Assembly (NCBI GenBank): GCA_031285625.1
Contig: JAITVV010000056.1
Coordinates: forward strand, 128,001-192,000
Direction: 5' to 3'
Length of the DNA stretch: 64,000 nt
Origin: Prevotella sp.
GTDB taxonomy: Bacteria; Bacteroidota; Bacteroidia; Bacteroidales; Dysgonomonadaceae
Position numbers and translations under genes: made by a program. Below, one piece after another: positions 8,908-22,429 of this stretch. The notes under the pieces are model-generated. The model made no database searches, had not been told where the DNA came from, and saw only the letters and a list, made by a program, of their open reading frames with translations. Positions within the stretch are counted from its first letter, which is position 1. Each line of letters starts with the position of its first letter.

Positions 8908-11900
8908 TTAGAATTGTATTCCAACATTAAATCCGAAGTTTGCAGTTGAAGGTACAGCTCCACCTTCCACACCCTGTATATTCCCTGAACTAGTTGTTGC
9001 CATTTCCGGATCGAAGCTCTTATTATCAAGGCCAAACATTGCCAGATTACGACCATACGCTGAAAGTTTCAATGACTTTATATATTTGGTAGATTTCAAT
9101 GGAACCTGATATCCTATAGATACTTCACGCAGTTTGATATAATCACTTTTGAAAACACTCTGTGCAGCAGGTCCACTATATATTGAGTTGCCCCATGCTT
9201 CTGCTTCTAGACGGGTAGTGTTTGGTGTTCCGTCTGCTTTTACACCTTTTAGCAACACTCCGCCTCCATCTTCTACTGCATTACGAATTGGATTACCAAG
9301 CTCATTATTTCCTGCTGTTTCGGTAATCATACCCGAATACATACCCCACATATATGATGTAGAGAAGTATTTTCCACCAAACTGTGCATCGAACAATATG
9401 CTCAGGTCAAAATTCTTATAGCGGAAAGTATTTGACAGACCAGCCAAAGCTGTAGGATAAACACTTCCTAAGACTTCATTTCCATCAGTTGCAGCATAAG
9501 TTCCGTCATCATTCACTACTTTATTACCATTGTTATCGTATACATAATTTGTTCCCATGATAACACCATAACCCTCTCCTACACGAGCACCAATTTCAAC
9601 TTTAAACGGAGCATTTACCAGTCTGAAATATCCCTCTTCCTTATTACCAAGGAATTCTGTCACTTTATTTTTATTATGTGATAAAGTTCCGCTTATCGAC
9701 CACTCAAAGTCTTCTGTTTTAACAGGTGTTCCACGAAGTGCCAATTCAAAACCTTCATTTACAATTGTTCCTCCATTCACATACTTCGAAGTATAGCCCG
9801 TAGCACCTGAAAGCGACAATGGTATTATCTGATCTTCTGTTTTTGCATGATAATATGTGAAATCAAAACCTAAACGACTATCAAAGAATGACATATCAAG
9901 TCCGGTTTCGAACGAATACGTAGACTCCGGTTTTAACTCTGCATTTTTCTTCACACCATTTATATAGTATGCATGATCTCCATCAAACGAAGTATAATAT
10001 GTATATGTATCTCTTATATTATAAGGATCTGTATCATTACCTACTTTCGCCCAACCGATACGTAATTTGCCCAAGGACAACCAGTCTTTTTTCGCCAATT
10101 CAGAGAATAAGAAGCTACCTGTTACAGAAGGGTATAAATACGAGTTGCTTCCCTTTGGCAATGTTGAAGACCAGTCGTTACGCAATGTAAGATCCAGATA
10201 TACAAAACTCTTATAACCTACTGTTGCATTCCCGAATACACTGTTGATAGATTTCTTTGTCTGCTCATTTTCAGATCTTGCTGTATATTTCGAATTTTTC
10301 AAGTTATAAAATTCAGGAATAACAAGCCCTCCGACCGATTCTCCAATCAATTCTTCATATTTACGATACATTATGTTGGCTCCGACATTTACATCCAATG
10401 TAATATGTTCATTAAAACGATCGGAGAATGTAACTAAAAATTCATGGTTTATTTCGTGTTGTTGCCTGTGTGCCTCCATATAGCGGGACTGTTCCTGAGA
10501 ATACACTGCATTTCTTTCAAACTGTTTGTCACTGAAATAATCAAGATTTGCTTTATATTGTGCTTTCAGATTCGGAAGAATTGTAAATTTAATCCCAACA
10601 TTTCCATACAGACGGTCACGGGTGTCATTCTGATAATTCATATAACGAGACCAATACGGATTATTTGAATATGCCATTGATGGGTCATCCCATCCTACAC
10701 GATTCCATCCGGCTTGTGTTCCATCCGGAAATTTGTAGAGACTTTTCAACTCTTTCATATCAAGCTGACGCTGTCCCCACTGGACAAACTTTACCATAAC
10801 ATTATTATCTCCATATCCTGTATCAGACCGGCCTTTTGCAGCCTGATTGATATAGGTTAAATTGGTAAACATTTCGTACGTATTGTTCATCTTAATAGAA
10901 CCAGCCAGATTAATAGTATTCTTATCCAGTTTACTATTTGGCATATATCCATTCAATGTCATATTTGTATATGATACTCTCAGATTCGATTTATCTGTAG
11001 CCTGAGAGATAGTGACATTGTTCGTAAACGAATGGCCGGTCTCGAAAAATTCTCTTATGTCATTCTTTGGTGTAACCCATGCTGAAGTTGTGAGATCTCC
11101 AACCTTTCCCCCAGCTTCCCATTTGGCCAAGTCATACCATGAAAGATATTGGATATTGGAATCATATTTTGGGCCCCAGCTTTCGTCTGTATCATAATCC
11201 GGGACAAGATAGGTTTTACCATTTATATCTGTAGAAGTCAGATTAAACCCTCCACCATATTGTTTCTGTAATTTGGGCAGCTTACTTACTACTTCAAAAC
11301 CAACAGACGAATTGAAGGAGATCCCCAATCCTTTATTTTTTTCTCCTTTTTTGGTGGTTATCATTACTACTCCATTGGCAGCACGAGATCCATAAAGGGC
11401 TGATGCATTCGGACCTTTCAAGACAGATATGTCTGCAACATCATCAGGATTTATATCCTGAATAAGGTTACCATAGTCATAACCACCGGCTCCACGTGCA
11501 GCATCAGTTGTATTATAATCCGTTCCTTCAATTGGCACCCCATCAATAATAAAGAGTGGCTGGTTGTTTCCTGATAAAGATTTAACCCCACGAAGTATTA
11601 CTTTGGCGGAGCCACCCATATTACCTGTAGATCCGGTAATTTGTAACCCTGCCACTTTCCCGGATAATGCACTAACAGGATTAGAAACCCCTCCTCTCGA
11701 TTTAAGAAGTTCATCTCCTTTCACATCAGCAACCGCGTAACCTAAAGCTTTCTTTTCTTTGGTTATACCCATGGCTGTAACAACAACTTCATCCATCATC
11801 TTTGCATCCTGCTCCAGAGTAATCCTCATATCAGGCTTTGCTGTTTCTTCTTTTGTTTTCATCCCCAACAAGGAGAACACCAAAGTACTTCTGCCTTCAG

Positions 11901-12093
11901 GCAAATTAATAGAAAATGAACCATCCATGTTTGTTATGGTACCTGTAGTCGTACCTTTAACAACAACAGATACACCTATTGCCGGTTCTCCCAAATCATC
12001 AATGACTACGCCTGTAATCTTTGTTGTTTGTGCCGTAATGTATCCCAGACTTAATAAAAAGAAGGATAGAACTAATAACAACCTTTTTTCCAT
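8908..12093 (-). CDS. SusC/RagA-family TonB-dependent transporter
   Basis: CarboxypepD-like N-domain, EVVVTAMGI, VLKGPNASALYGSRAANGV plug motif, LKPE, terminal Phe. Confidence 0.95.
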   Translation of the reverse strand: MEKRLLLVLSFFLLSLGYITAQTTKITGVVIDDLGEPAIGVSVVVKGTTTGTITNMDGSFSINLPEGRSTLVFSLLGMKTKEETAKPDMRITLEQDAKMMDEVVVTAMGITKEKKALGYAVADVKGDELLKSRGGVSNPVSALSGKVAGLQITGSTGNMGGSAKVILRGVKSLSGNNQPLFIIDGVPIEGTDYNTTDAARGAGGYDYGNLIQDINPDDVADISVLKGPNASALYGSRAANGVVMITTKKGEKNKGLGISFNSSVGFEVVSKLPKLQKQYGGGFNLTSTDINGKTYLVPDYDTDESWGPKYDSNIQYLSWYDLAKWEAGGKVGDLTTSAWVTPKNDIREFFETGHSFTNNVTISQATDKSNLRVSYTNMTLNGYMPNSKLDKNTINLAGSIKMNNTYEMFTNLTYINQAAKGRSDTGYGDNNVMVKFVQWGQRQLDMKELKSLYKFPDGTQAGWNRVGWDDPSMAYSNNPYWSRYMNYQNDTRDRLYGNVGIKFTILPNLKAQYKANLDYFSDKQFERNAVYSQEQSRYMEAHRQQHEINHEFLVTFSDRFNEHITLDVNVGANIMYRKYEELIGESVGGLVIPEFYNLKNSKYTARSENEQTKKSINSVFGNATVGYKSFVYLDLTLRNDWSSTLPKGSNSYLYPSVTGSFLFSELAKKDWLSLGKLRIGWAKVGNDTDPYNIRDTYTYYTSFDGDHAYYINGVKKNAELKPESTYSFETGLDMSFFDSRLGFDFTYYHAKTEDQIIPLSLSGATGYTSKYVNGGTIVNEGFELALRGTPVKTEDFEWSISGTLSHNKNKVTEFLGNKEEGYFRLVNAPFKVEIGARVGEGYGVIMGTNYVYDNNGNKVVNDDGTYAATDGNEVLGSVYPTALAGLSNTFRYKNFDLSILFDAQFGGKYFSTSYMWGMYSGMITETAGNNELGNPIRNAVEDGGGVLLKGVKADGTPNTTRLEAEAWGNSIYSGPAAQSVFKSDYIKLREVSIGYQVPLKSTKYIKSLKLSAYGRNLAMFGLDNKSFDPEMATTSSGNIQGVEGGAVPSTANFGFNVGIQF

Positions 12094-12244
12094 ACTAAAC
12101 ACACTCTTTTTTTAATTAATACATCTCGATTTTAAGATATATTAAATTATTTCAAATTGACAAAATAACAAGCATAATATACTCAATTTGATATAATACA
12201 ACATTATAAATAATCTAATAGTTTTTAAAACCGACTAACAGCGG

Positions 12245-12252
12245 CAAATATA
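12245..12252 (-). promoter_or_regulatory. Bacteroidetes -7 promoter element for susC
   Basis: TATATTTG on minus strand matches TAnnTTTG. Confidence 0.55.
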
Positions 12253-12388
12253 TAATTAAATATTTTTATTTTATCATTTTTTAGATAAAAATATTCAATA
12301 TTTAATAAATATGATACATAAAAAAGTAAATAAAATCAAAATGATAGTTTTTAACACCAAAATAACAGCAATACGCATTTAGAATGGT

Positions 12389-12430
12389 AAAAAAAATGAG
12401 GGCGGAATGACATTACGTCATTCCGCCCTC
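12389..12430 (-). terminator. Terminator of rpoBC operon
   Basis: GAGGGCGGAATGAC-5nt-GTCATTCCGCCCTC perfect hairpin with T8 tract on minus strand. Confidence 0.9.
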
Positions 12431-12453
12431 TAACTATATAAAAGAATAATTAA

Positions 12454-15400
12454 TTATTCTACGGCATCAAAATCTACGACAGTCTTTCTGGTAGCAGCAA
12501 TTCTGTCAAAATCTTCTTTTGTACCTACAACAAGTTTTTCAAACTCACGCTGTCCTGTACCTGCCGGAAGCAAGTGACCACAGATAACGTTTTCTTTCAG
12601 TCCTTCTAATCTGTCTACTTTTGCATTGATAGCAGCATCGTTCAGAACTTTTGTAGTCTCCTGGAACGAAGCAGCAGACATAAAGCTTTGCGTTTGAAGA
12701 GCAGCACGTGTAATACCCTGAAGTATCTGATTGGCTGTAGCAGGAACCGCATCGCGTACAATAACCGGACGAAGGTCTCTACGTTTAAGCATAGAGTTTT
12801 CATCTCTCAGTTTACGCGCGGTAACGATCTGCCCCGGTTCGAAAGTAGTGGAATCACCAGCTTCAAGAACAACTTTCTTACCCCAGATTCTATCATTTTC
12901 TTCCATTACATCGTACTTGTCTATCACCTGTTGTTCAAGGAAACGTGTATCTCCCGGATCGATCACTTCTACCTTGCGCATCATCTGACGTACAATAACT
13001 TCGAAGTGTTTATCATTGATTTTCACACCTTGCAGACGATATACATCTTGTACTTCGTTTACAATATATTCCTGAACAGCTGTAGGCCCCATAATAGCCA
13101 GAATATCCGAAGGAGTTGTAGCTCCGTCCGATAAAGGCATACCAGCTCTTACAAAGTCATTTTCCTGAACAAGTATCTGTTTTGACAGAGGTACAAGGTA
13201 TTTCTTCACTTCACCTAATTTAGAAGTAACGATAACTTCCCTGTTACCACGTTTGATCTTACCAAACGAAACCTCACCATCAATTTCAGACACAACTGCC
13301 GGATTAGAAGGGTTACGAGCTTCAAACAGTTCGGTAACACGAGGAAGCCCCCCTGTGATATCCCCTGCTTTACCTACTGCACGTGGAATCTTAACAAGAA
13401 CTTCTCCGGTCTTGATAACATCACTATCTTCTTTAACAATGTGTGCACCTAATGGTAAGCTGTACATCTTGATAACCTTACCTTGTTCGTCCAAGATATG
13501 AGCTTCAGGAGCTTTAGTCTTGTCACGCGACTCAGTAATGATCTTTTCTTTCAAACCAGTCTGTTCGTCCGACTCTACTTTATATGTAACACCTTCTATT
13601 ACATTCTCAAATTTGATACGACCGGTAGCTTCAGAAATGATAACCGCATTAAATGGATCCCATTCGCAGATCAGGTCATCTTTCTTTACTTTAGCCCCAT
13701 CTTTGAAATAAAGCTTAGAACCATAAGGTATATTGTGAGTAAGAAGGACAATTTTAGTATTTGGGTCTACTAAACGTAATTCAACCAAACGGCTAACAAC
13801 AATCTGTACCTTCTTGCCTGTTTCATCAGCAGCATCTACAACACGCAGATCATCTATTTCCAATACTCCGTCATACTTAGCAACGATACTACTTTCGGTA
13901 GCAATATTGGAAGCGATACCCCCAACGTGGAATGTACGAAGTGTCAACTGTGTACCCGGCTCACCGATAGACTGTGCAGCAATAACACCAACAGCTTCAC
14001 CACGTTGAACCATACGGCCCGAAGCAAGGTTACGTCCATAACACTTACCGCAAACACCTTTCTTAGATTCGCAAGTCAGTACCGAACGTATCTCAACACT
14101 TTCGATTGGCGAGTTTTGTATGATTGTAGCTGCATCTTCTGTAATTTCATCACCTGATTTCACGATAACCTCTCCAGTCATCGGATGTTGAATATCATGT
14201 ACAGAAACACGGCCCAAGATACGTTCATATAATGAAGCAACAACTTCTTCGTTGTTTTTCAATTCTGTACAAACAAGACCACGCAATGTACCACAGTCTT
14301 CTTCATTGATGATTACATCCTGAGATACGTCAACTAGACGACGAGTAAGGTAACCCGCATCGGCTGTTTTTAACGCCGTATCGGCAAGACCTTTACGCGC
14401 ACCGTGGGTAGAGATAAAGTACTCTAACACTGACAATCCTTCTTTAAAGTTAGACAAGATCGGATTCTCAATAATCTGAGCTCCTTCTGCCCCACTCTTC
14501 TGAGGTTTCGCCATCAATCCACGCATACCTGACAACTGACGAATCTGTTCTTTAGAACCACGGGCTCCCGAATCCAACATCATATAAACGGCGTTGAATC
14601 CCTGATCATCTTCAGAAAGTTGTTTCATCAAGATATTTGACAATCTTGAGTTGATATGTGTCCATGTATCAATAATCTGGTTATAACGTTCGTTGTATGT
14701 AATGAACCCCATGTTATAGTTATTCATTATCTGTTCAACTTCTTCATAACCTTGTTGTACCAATGTATCTTTTTCTTCCGGAATGATAACATCTTCAAGG
14801 TTGAATGACAGTCCTCCGCGGAATGCCATTGCGTAACCTAGGTCTTTAATATCATCAAGGAACTGAGCTGTTTTGGCAACACCAGCAAGCTTGATTACAT
14901 TACCAATGATATCACGAAGTGATTTCTTGGAAAGAACCTCATTAACGAAACCTACTTCTACAGGAGTTTTCTCGTTTACAAGAACACGTCCTACAGTAGT
15001 TTCACGCATCATTCTGGCTACATTTCCATTCTCATCCAAGTCGTCTACATATACTTTGATAAGTGCATGTATATCTACTTTACCTTCATTGTAAGCTATA
15101 ACAGCCTCTTCTGGTCCGTAGAATGTAAGACCTTCGCCTTTTGCTCCTTTACGTATCTTAGTAATATAATACAGGCCTAACACCATGTCCTGAGAAGGTA
15201 CTGTAATAGGAGCACCATTGGCAGGGTTAAGGATATTATGAGAACCAAGCATCAACATTTGTGCTTCAAGTATAGCCTCATTACCCAATGGTAAGTGAAC
15301 AGCCATCTGGTCTCCGTCGAAGTCGGCATTGAAGGCCGTACAAGCAAGAGGATGTAACTGAATAGCTTTACCACCGATCATTTTTGGCTGGAATGCCTGA

Positions 15401-16737
15401 ATACCTAAACGGTGAAGTGTAGGAGCACGGTTAAGTAATACCGGGTGTCCTTTCATTACATGTTCAAGGATATCCCATACTACCGGTTCTTTACGGTCTA
15501 CGATTTTCTTTGCAGATTTCACCGTTTTTACTATACCGCGTTCGATAAGCTTACGGATAATAAACGGTTTGTATAATTCGGCTGCCATATCCTGAGGGAT
15601 ACCGCATTCATGCATTTTTAATTCAGGGCCAACAACAATAACCGAACGAGCTGAATAGTCAACACGTTTACCTAACAGGTTTTGACGGAAACGACCTTGT
15701 TTACCTTTCAAACTGTCGGATAGTGATTTCAGCGGACGGTTAGCGTCAGTCTTAACTGCACTTGACTTACGTGAGTTATCAAACAATGAATCTACAGCTT
15801 CCTGAAGCATACGTTTTTCATTACGCAAGATTACTTCCGGAGCTTTGATATCGATAAGCCTTTTCAAACGATTGTTACGTATAATCACACGACGATACAA
15901 GTCATTCAGGTCAGATGTAGCAAAGCGACCTCCATCAAGAGGTACAAGAGGACGAAGTTCCGGTGGAATAACAGGAACGATCTTAACGATCATCCATTCA
16001 GGTTTATTCTTACCTTTCGATCCACGGAAAGCTTCTACAACCTGTAGTTGCTTCAATGCTTCATTTTTACGTTGTTGAGATGTATCTGTACTGGCTTTAT
16101 GACGAAGCGTATTTGCCAACGAATCAAGATTGATACGTGACAATAGGTCATAGACAGCTTCTGCTCCCATTTTAGCAATAAACTTGTTAGGATCTGAATC
16201 ATCTAACAGTTGATTTTCTTTTGGAAGCCTATCCAGTATGTTTAAGTATTCTTCTTCAGTCAGAAGATCTTTTTCTGCTACTCCTTCTTCTACAGCAATA
16301 CCGGATTGAATAACTACATAACGTTCGTAGTAGATAATGGAATCCAGTTTCTTGGTAGGAATCCCAAGAAGGTAACCCATCTTGTTAGGAAGAGAACGGA
16401 AATACCAGATATGAGCTACCGGAACCACAAGATGAATATGTCCTGTACGTTCGCGGCGAACTTTCTTTTCTGTAACTTCAACCCCGCAACGATCACAGAC
16501 AATACCTTTATAACGGATTCTCTTGTATTTACCACAATGACATTCGTAGTCCTTTACAGGTCCGAATATACGTTCGCAGAAAAGTCCGTCACGCTCAGGT
16601 TTGTAAGTACGGTAGTTGATTGTTTCAGGTTTCAAAACCTCCCCGCTTGATGCTTCGAGAATTTCTTCAGGAGAAGCAAGACTTACGGTTATTTTTGAAA
16701 AGCTACTCTTTACTTTATTTTCTTTTCTAAAAGCCAT
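12454..16737 (-). CDS. rpoC: RNA polymerase beta' subunit
   Basis: NADFDGD catalytic motif, N-terminal zinc finger, 1427 aa. Confidence 0.99.
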   Translation of the reverse strand: MAFRKENKVKSSFSKITVSLASPEEILEASSGEVLKPETINYRTYKPERDGLFCERIFGPVKDYECHCGKYKRIRYKGIVCDRCGVEVTEKKVRRERTGHIHLVVPVAHIWYFRSLPNKMGYLLGIPTKKLDSIIYYERYVVIQSGIAVEEGVAEKDLLTEEEYLNILDRLPKENQLLDDSDPNKFIAKMGAEAVYDLLSRINLDSLANTLRHKASTDTSQQRKNEALKQLQVVEAFRGSKGKNKPEWMIVKIVPVIPPELRPLVPLDGGRFATSDLNDLYRRVIIRNNRLKRLIDIKAPEVILRNEKRMLQEAVDSLFDNSRKSSAVKTDANRPLKSLSDSLKGKQGRFRQNLLGKRVDYSARSVIVVGPELKMHECGIPQDMAAELYKPFIIRKLIERGIVKTVKSAKKIVDRKEPVVWDILEHVMKGHPVLLNRAPTLHRLGIQAFQPKMIGGKAIQLHPLACTAFNADFDGDQMAVHLPLGNEAILEAQMLMLGSHNILNPANGAPITVPSQDMVLGLYYITKIRKGAKGEGLTFYGPEEAVIAYNEGKVDIHALIKVYVDDLDENGNVARMMRETTVGRVLVNEKTPVEVGFVNEVLSKKSLRDIIGNVIKLAGVAKTAQFLDDIKDLGYAMAFRGGLSFNLEDVIIPEEKDTLVQQGYEEVEQIMNNYNMGFITYNERYNQIIDTWTHINSRLSNILMKQLSEDDQGFNAVYMMLDSGARGSKEQIRQLSGMRGLMAKPQKSGAEGAQIIENPILSNFKEGLSVLEYFISTHGARKGLADTALKTADAGYLTRRLVDVSQDVIINEEDCGTLRGLVCTELKNNEEVVASLYERILGRVSVHDIQHPMTGEVIVKSGDEITEDAATIIQNSPIESVEIRSVLTCESKKGVCGKCYGRNLASGRMVQRGEAVGVIAAQSIGEPGTQLTLRTFHVGGIASNIATESSIVAKYDGVLEIDDLRVVDAADETGKKVQIVVSRLVELRLVDPNTKIVLLTHNIPYGSKLYFKDGAKVKKDDLICEWDPFNAVIISEATGRIKFENVIEGVTYKVESDEQTGLKEKIITESRDKTKAPEAHILDEQGKVIKMYSLPLGAHIVKEDSDVIKTGEVLVKIPRAVGKAGDITGGLPRVTELFEARNPSNPAVVSEIDGEVSFGKIKRGNREVIVTSKLGEVKKYLVPLSKQILVQENDFVRAGMPLSDGATTPSDILAIMGPTAVQEYIVNEVQDVYRLQGVKINDKHFEVIVRQMMRKVEVIDPGDTRFLEQQVIDKYDVMEENDRIWGKKVVLEAGDSTTFEPGQIVTARKLRDENSMLKRRDLRPVIVRDAVPATANQILQGITRAALQTQSFMSAASFQETTKVLNDAAINAKVDRLEGLKENVICGHLLPAGTGQREFEKLVVGTKEDFDRIAATRKTVVDFDAVE

Positions 16738-16810
16738 ATACTTATAATGTGTATAAAGAGTTATTTTTTATTTGTAATGCCTCAGGTAAAACCCTTAGCT
16801 TATATATCAT

Positions 16811-16839
16811 GGTATTAGCTGGTAAAACCAGCTAATACC
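16811..16839. other. Intergenic hairpin between rpoB and rpoC
   Basis: GGTATTAGCTGGT-AAA-ACCAGCTAATACC perfect 13-bp stem; no U tract on coding strand. Confidence 0.6.
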
Positions 16840-16848
16840 CTTCTATTT

Positions 16849-19800
16849 TTAATCAAGAGAGACACTCAAGCCCAAACCACGCATTTCATGAAGGAGTACG
16901 TTCAATGATTCAGGAATACCAGGTTGTGGCATTGGCTCCCCTTTCACTATCGCTTCGTAGGCTTTAGAACGCCCTACAACATCATCGGATTTGATCGTCA
17001 AGATTTCTCTAAGGATATATGCTGCACCAAATGCCTCTAGTGCCCAAACCTCCATTTCTCCGAAACGTTGTCCCCCAAATTGTGCTTTACCACCAAGAGG
17101 CTGTTGCGTAATAAGCGAGTAAGGACCAATAGAACGTGCATGCATCTTGTCTTCAACCATGTGACCAAGCTTAAGCATGTAGATAATACCTACAGTTGCA
17201 TGCTGATCAAACTGATCTCCTGTTCCTCCATCAAACAAACGAACTTTACCATAACGAGGAACTCCGGCTTTATCTGTCCATGAGTTCAAATCATCAAGGC
17301 TTGCGCCGTCGAAAATTGGAGTTGCAAATTTCACACCCAGTTCTTTTCCTGCCCAACCCAATACTGTTTCGAATATCTGACCAAGGTTCATACGGGAAGG
17401 TACACCTAGCGGATTAAGAACGATGTCTACCGGAGTACCATCTGGCAAGAACGGCATATCTTCCTGACGAACAATACGCGATACAATACCTTTGTTACCG
17501 TGGCGACCTGCCATCTTATCCCCTACTTGTACTTTACGTTTCTTAGCCACATAAACTTTTGCGATCTGTACGATACCGGAAGGAAGTTCATCCCCAATAG
17601 TAAGGTCGAAACGTTTACGTTTCAGTTCAGCATCCAGTTCTTTGTATTTACGCAGATAGTTTACAACCACATCTCTGATCAAATCATTCTTGTGAGCATC
17701 TGTAGTCCAGTTACTAACCTGAATTGATTCATAATCAATATTTTCTAAAGCACCTTTTGTAAATTTAGAGCCTTTACCTATAATGTCAACATTAAGATAA
17801 TCTTTAACACCCTGTGATGTCTTGCCTTCAGTTAATACCAATAGTTTATCTACCAATACACCTTTAAGCTTAGCCATCTTTTCTTCATACTCTTCATCTA
17901 ATTTAGGTAACAAAGCTTTGCTTGAAAGCTTAGTCTTGCCTTTCTTAGCTGCTTTAGAGAATAGGTTAGTTGCAACAACAACACCCTTCAATGATGGAGA
18001 AGCTTTCAATGAAGCATCTTTTACATCACCTGCTTTATCTCCAAATATAGCACGAAGTAGTTTTTCTTCAGGAGAAGGATCTGACTCTCCTTTCGGAGTA
18101 ATCTTACCAATAAGAATATCACCCGGATTTACACGAGCACCGATACGGATAATTCCTCTTTCGTCCAGATCTTTTGTTGCATCTTCACTTACATTCGGAA
18201 TATCCGAAGTTAGTTCTTCAACACCACGTTTTGTATCACGAACTTCGAGAGCAAACTCTTCTACGTGAACTGAAGTAAATATATCTTCGCGAACGATGCG
18301 TTCGTTCAATACAATAGCATCCTCGAAGTTATATCCCTTCCATGGCATGAAAGCTACTTTCAGATTCTTACCGATAGCCAATTCTCCTTGTTCTGTAGAA
18401 TATCCTTCTGTCAATATCTGATTCAACTCAACCCTGTCTCCTTTTCTACAAGTAGGACGGAGGTCGATAGTTGTATTCTGATTTGTTTTTCTAAACTTAG
18501 GTATATAATACGTCTTAATTGCATTATCAAAGTTCACAAACTCCTCATCAGAAGTACGGTCATATTTTATCTTGATAGTATCAGCATCTACGTAAACAAC
18601 TTCTCCGGCACCTTCCGCCACAATCTGTGTACGGGAGTCACGAATCAATTGTCCTTCAATACCTGTACCTACGATAGGAGCTTCGGTACGCATCAATGGC
18701 ACTGCCTGACGCATCATATTGGATCCCATCAATGCACGGTTAGCATCATCATGTTCAAGGAACGGAATCAACGAAGCTGCAATAGATGCAATCTGTGTTG
18801 GAGATACATCCATTAATTCGATCTCTTCCGGACCTACTACCGGATAATCAGCATCCTGACGAGCTTTAACACGTGTATTAACAAATCCGCCATCATCATT
18901 CAACGGGGCATTTCCCTGAGCAATGATTTTGTCTTCTTCTTCTTCGGCAGCAAGATATACAATACCGTTTTCAGAAAGGTCTACCTTTTTGTCTGCTACT
19001 TTACGATATGGAGTTTCGATAAATCCAAGATCATTTATTTTAGCATAAACACAAAGTGACGAAATCAGACCGATATTGGGACCTTCCGGTGTCTCGATAG
19101 GACAAAGACGTCCATAGTGAGTATAGTGAACGTCACGCACTTCAAATCCGGCTCTTTCACGAGAAAGACCACCCGGTCCCAGTGCAGACATACGACGCTT
19201 GTGAGTAATCTCAGCCAGAGGATTGGTTTGATCCATAAACTGAGACAATGCGTTCGTTCCAAAGAATGTATTTACTACAGATGAGATTGTTTTTGCATTA
19301 ATCAAATCGATCGGTGTAAATACTTCATTATCGCGAACGTTCATTCTTTCACGGATAATACGGGCCATACGGTTAAGACCAACTCCAAACTGATTGAAAA
19401 GTTGCTCCCCAACTGTACGTACACGACGGTTACTTAAGTGGTCAATATCATCAACTATTGCTTTTGAGTTAATCAACTCAATCAGATATTTGATGATCTC
19501 AATGATATCCTCCTTTGTTAGTACACGGATATCAGTATCAGTTGAAAGTCCTAATTTTTTATTTAGTCTGTAACGGCCAACTTCACCTAAGTCGTAACGT
19601 TTCTCCGAGAAGAACAGGTTATTAATTACTTCGCGAGCACTGGTATCATCAGCAGGCTCTGCACTACGAAGTTGTCTGTAGATATGACGGACAGCATCTA
19701 TTTCCGAGTTACTAGGGTCTTTCTGTAATGTATTATAGATAATAGCAAAATCAGAAATATTTTGTGACTCCTTATGTAACAAAATAGAAGATACATTTGA

Positions 19801-20661
19801 ATCCAAAATCAGATCCACATGATCTTTGTCCAGAATGGTTTCACGTTCAAGAATAACTTCGTTACGCTCGATAGAAGTAACCTCACCGGTATCTTCATCC
19901 ACGAAATCTTCCATCCATGACCTCAATATTCTGGCAGCAAGCTTACGCCCTACTACTTTCTTAATATTTTGTTTGTTAACTTTTATTTCTTCTGCCAAAT
20001 CGAATATTTCAAGGATATCTCTATCACTCTCAAATCCAATCGCACGAAGCAATGTAGTTACAGGTAATTTCTTTTTACGGTCAATGTATGCATACATGAC
20101 ATTATTGATGTCTGTAGCAAATTCAATCCATGATCCCTTGAATGGTATAATACGTGCCGAATACAACTTTGTACCATTGGCATGCATCGTTTGACCAAAG
20201 AATACACCCGGTGAACGGTGCAGCTGTGATACAACGACACGCTCAGCACCATTGATAACAAAGGTACCTTTTTCGGTCATGTATGGGATCAGCCCCAAAT
20301 AAACATCCTGAATAACTGTATCAAAGTCTTCATGGTCGGGGTCTGTACAATAAAGCTTAAGTTTTGCTTTTAGAGGAACACTATAGGTCAAACCTCTCTC
20401 TATACACTCTTCGATAGTATAGCGTGGAGGATCGATAAAGTAGTCCAAAAATTCTAATACAAAATTGTTTCGTGTATCAGCTATAGGAAAGTTTTCTGCA
20501 AAAACTTTGTATAAGCCTTCGTTCTTCCTCTTTTCGGGAGGAGTATCAAGTTGTAGAAAGTCGCGGAATGACTTTAGCTGTACTTCAAGAAAATCCGGGT
20601 AAGGAAGTGGATTCTTAATTGAAGCGAAATTGACTCTTTGATTTGTATTTGTTGAAGACAT
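16849..20661 (-). CDS. rpoB: RNA polymerase beta subunit
   Basis: [21 protein letters not shown], rifampicin region [10 protein letters not shown]. Confidence 0.99.
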   Translation of the reverse strand: MSSTNTNQRVNFASIKNPLPYPDFLEVQLKSFRDFLQLDTPPEKRKNEGLYKVFAENFPIADTRNNFVLEFLDYFIDPPRYTIEECIERGLTYSVPLKAKLKLYCTDPDHEDFDTVIQDVYLGLIPYMTEKGTFVINGAERVVVSQLHRSPGVFFGQTMHANGTKLYSARIIPFKGSWIEFATDINNVMYAYIDRKKKLPVTTLLRAIGFESDRDILEIFDLAEEIKVNKQNIKKVVGRKLAARILRSWMEDFVDEDTGEVTSIERNEVILERETILDKDHVDLILDSNVSSILLHKESQNISDFAIIYNTLQKDPSNSEIDAVRHIYRQLRSAEPADDTSAREVINNLFFSEKRYDLGEVGRYRLNKKLGLSTDTDIRVLTKEDIIEIIKYLIELINSKAIVDDIDHLSNRRVRTVGEQLFNQFGVGLNRMARIIRERMNVRDNEVFTPIDLINAKTISSVVNTFFGTNALSQFMDQTNPLAEITHKRRMSALGPGGLSRERAGFEVRDVHYTHYGRLCPIETPEGPNIGLISSLCVYAKINDLGFIETPYRKVADKKVDLSENGIVYLAAEEEEDKIIAQGNAPLNDDGGFVNTRVKARQDADYPVVGPEEIELMDVSPTQIASIAASLIPFLEHDDANRALMGSNMMRQAVPLMRTEAPIVGTGIEGQLIRDSRTQIVAEGAGEVVYVDADTIKIKYDRTSDEEFVNFDNAIKTYYIPKFRKTNQNTTIDLRPTCRKGDRVELNQILTEGYSTEQGELAIGKNLKVAFMPWKGYNFEDAIVLNERIVREDIFTSVHVEEFALEVRDTKRGVEELTSDIPNVSEDATKDLDERGIIRIGARVNPGDILIGKITPKGESDPSPEEKLLRAIFGDKAGDVKDASLKASPSLKGVVVATNLFSKAAKKGKTKLSSKALLPKLDEEYEEKMAKLKGVLVDKLLVLTEGKTSQGVKDYLNVDIIGKGSKFTKGALENIDYESIQVSNWTTDAHKNDLIRDVVVNYLRKYKELDAELKRKRFDLTIGDELPSGIVQIAKVYVAKKRKVQVGDKMAGRHGNKGIVSRIVRQEDMPFLPDGTPVDIVLNPLGVPSRMNLGQIFETVLGWAGKELGVKFATPIFDGASLDDLNSWTDKAGVPRYGKVRLFDGGTGDQFDQHATVGIIYMLKLGHMVEDKMHARSIGPYSLITQQPLGGKAQFGGQRFGEMEVWALEAFGAAYILREILTIKSDDVVGRSKAYEAIVKGEPMPQPGIPESLNVLLHEMRGLGLSVSLD

Positions 20662-20699
20662 GGAATATCCAGTTTTATTGAACTTATTATTTTTGACGC

Positions 20700-20737
20700 A
20701 AAAAGGTTAAGAACCTTCTCGGCGAAGGTTCCTAACC
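20700..20737 (-). terminator. rplL-rpoB intergenic terminator/attenuator
   Basis: GGTTAGGAACCTTC...GAAGGTTCTTAACC hairpin followed by T5 on minus strand. Confidence 0.65.
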
Positions 20738-20762
20738 AAAATATCCTTATCCAGGACTATTT

Positions 20763-21137
20763 TTACTTAAGTTCAATTTCGGCTCCAGCTTCTTCTAGTT
20801 GTTTTTTCAATGCTTCTGCTTCATCTTTAGTTACTCCTTTTTTCAATTCGCTAGGAGCAGCATCAACTAGGTCTTTAGCTTCTTTCAAACCAAGTCCTGT
20901 TAGTTCTTTCACAGCTTTAACAACTGCTAATTTGTTAGCACCTGCTGCTTTGAAGATTACATCAAAAGATGTTTTTTCTTCTACTGCTTCTGCAGCAGCA
21001 GCTGGTCCTGCAGCAACTGCAACAGCAGCAGCGGCTGGTTCAATACCATATTCAGTTTTCAGAATTTCAGCTAATTCGCTTACTTCTTTTACTGTCAAAT
21101 TTACTAGTTGTTCTGCAATAGCTTTGATATCTGCCAT
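20763..21137 (-). CDS. rplL: 50S ribosomal protein L7/L12
   Basis: Ala-rich hinge, [11 protein letters not shown], synteny. Confidence 0.98.
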   Translation of the reverse strand: MADIKAIAEQLVNLTVKEVSELAEILKTEYGIEPAAAAVAVAAGPAAAAEAVEEKTSFDVIFKAAGANKLAVVKAVKELTGLGLKEAKDLVDAAPSELKKGVTKDEAEALKKQLEEAGAEIELK

Positions 21138-21182
21138 TTTTGTATAAATTAAAATTGTTATTATTCTTTATGTTTTACGAAA

Positions 21183-21695
21183 TTATCTTTTCGATAATGT
21201 TTCTAATACGCCATGAATGGTATTACCTCCCGATTGAAGGGCAGAGATAACATTCTTAGCCGGAGATTGAAGTAATCCGATAACGTCACCGATAAGTTCA
21301 TTTTTGCTCTTGATATTTTCTAATGCACTTAGGTTTTCTTTACCTATATAGAAACTTTCTTGAACATATGCTGCCTTAAGTGAAGGGATACCTTCTTTTT
21401 TGTACTTTGCAATCAATTTAGCGGGTGCATTTGCCGAATTAGAGAACATGATAGCGGTATTACCTTTCAGAACCTCACTCAGTTCAGAATAGTCTCCCTC
21501 TAATGTATCTAATGCTTTTTGCAACAGTGTATTCTTTACAACCATCAATTTGATTTCTTGCTTAGCACACTCTCTTCTCAATTCGCTTGTTTTAGCTGAA
21601 TTAAGAGTAGCAATGTCAGTAAGATAGAAATGGTCGTAACCTTTAATTGTAGCCGCTATAGAATTAATGATTGTGCTTTTATCTTCCTTTCTCAT
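21183..21695 (-). CDS. rplJ: 50S ribosomal protein L10
   Basis: LRR...VVKNTL motif, synteny. Confidence 0.96.
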   Translation of the reverse strand: MRKEDKSTIINSIAATIKGYDHFYLTDIATLNSAKTSELRRECAKQEIKLMVVKNTLLQKALDTLEGDYSELSEVLKGNTAIMFSNSANAPAKLIAKYKKEGIPSLKAAYVQESFYIGKENLSALENIKSKNELIGDVIGLLQSPAKNVISALQSGGNTIHGVLETLSKR

Positions 21696-21715
21696 AATGT
21701 TTCAGTCAATTTTTA

Positions 21716-22411
21716 TTAATTTTCTACTGATTTAGGGTCTATTTTAACACCCGGACTCATAGTACTTGAAAGACAAACACTTTTCACATAAGTTCCTTTA
21801 GCTGCTGTTGGTTTCAATTTGATAAGCGTAGCAATAAATTCCTTCGCGTTATCTTTGATCTGTTCAGGAGTAAAAGATACTTTACCTATAGAAGCATGAA
21901 TGATACCAGCCTTGTCTACTTTAAAGTCAATCTTACCAGATTTAACTTCCTGTACAGCCTTAGCAACATCCACTGTCACTGTACCGCTCTTAGGGTTAGG
22001 CATAAGACCACGAGGTCCTAAAACACGTCCCAGAGCACCAACTTTACCCATAATAGCAGGCTGAGTGATGATAACATCAATATCAGTCCAGCCACCTTTT
22101 ATTTTCTCGATATATTCATCCAGACCTACATAGTCAGCTCCTGCTTCTTTAGCCGCTGCTTCTGCATCTGGAGAACATAATACCAAAACTCTAACTTGTT
22201 TTCCTGTTCCATGAGGAAGAGATACTACACCTCTTACCATCTGGTTAGCTTTACGTGGGTCTACACCAAGACGCACATCCAAATCAACAGAAGCGTCAAA
22301 CTTCGTCGTTGTTACCTCTTTTACAAGAGAAGATGCTTCAGTAAGTGTATATAATTTCCCTGCTTCAATCTTGCTGAAAGCTAACTTTTGATTTTTTGTA
22401 AGTTTACCCAT
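21716..22411 (-). CDS. rplA: 50S ribosomal protein L1
   Basis: [22 protein letters not shown]; start placed at MGKL. Confidence 0.98.
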   Translation of the reverse strand: MGKLTKNQKLAFSKIEAGKLYTLTEASSLVKEVTTTKFDASVDLDVRLGVDPRKANQMVRGVVSLPHGTGKQVRVLVLCSPDAEAAAKEAGADYVGLDEYIEKIKGGWTDIDVIITQPAIMGKVGALGRVLGPRGLMPNPKSGTVTVDVAKAVQEVKSGKIDFKVDKAGIIHASIGKVSFTPEQIKDNAKEFIATLIKLKPTAAKGTYVKSVCLSSTMSPGVKIDPKSVEN

Positions 22412-22429
22412 TCTCAATTGAAGTTTTAA

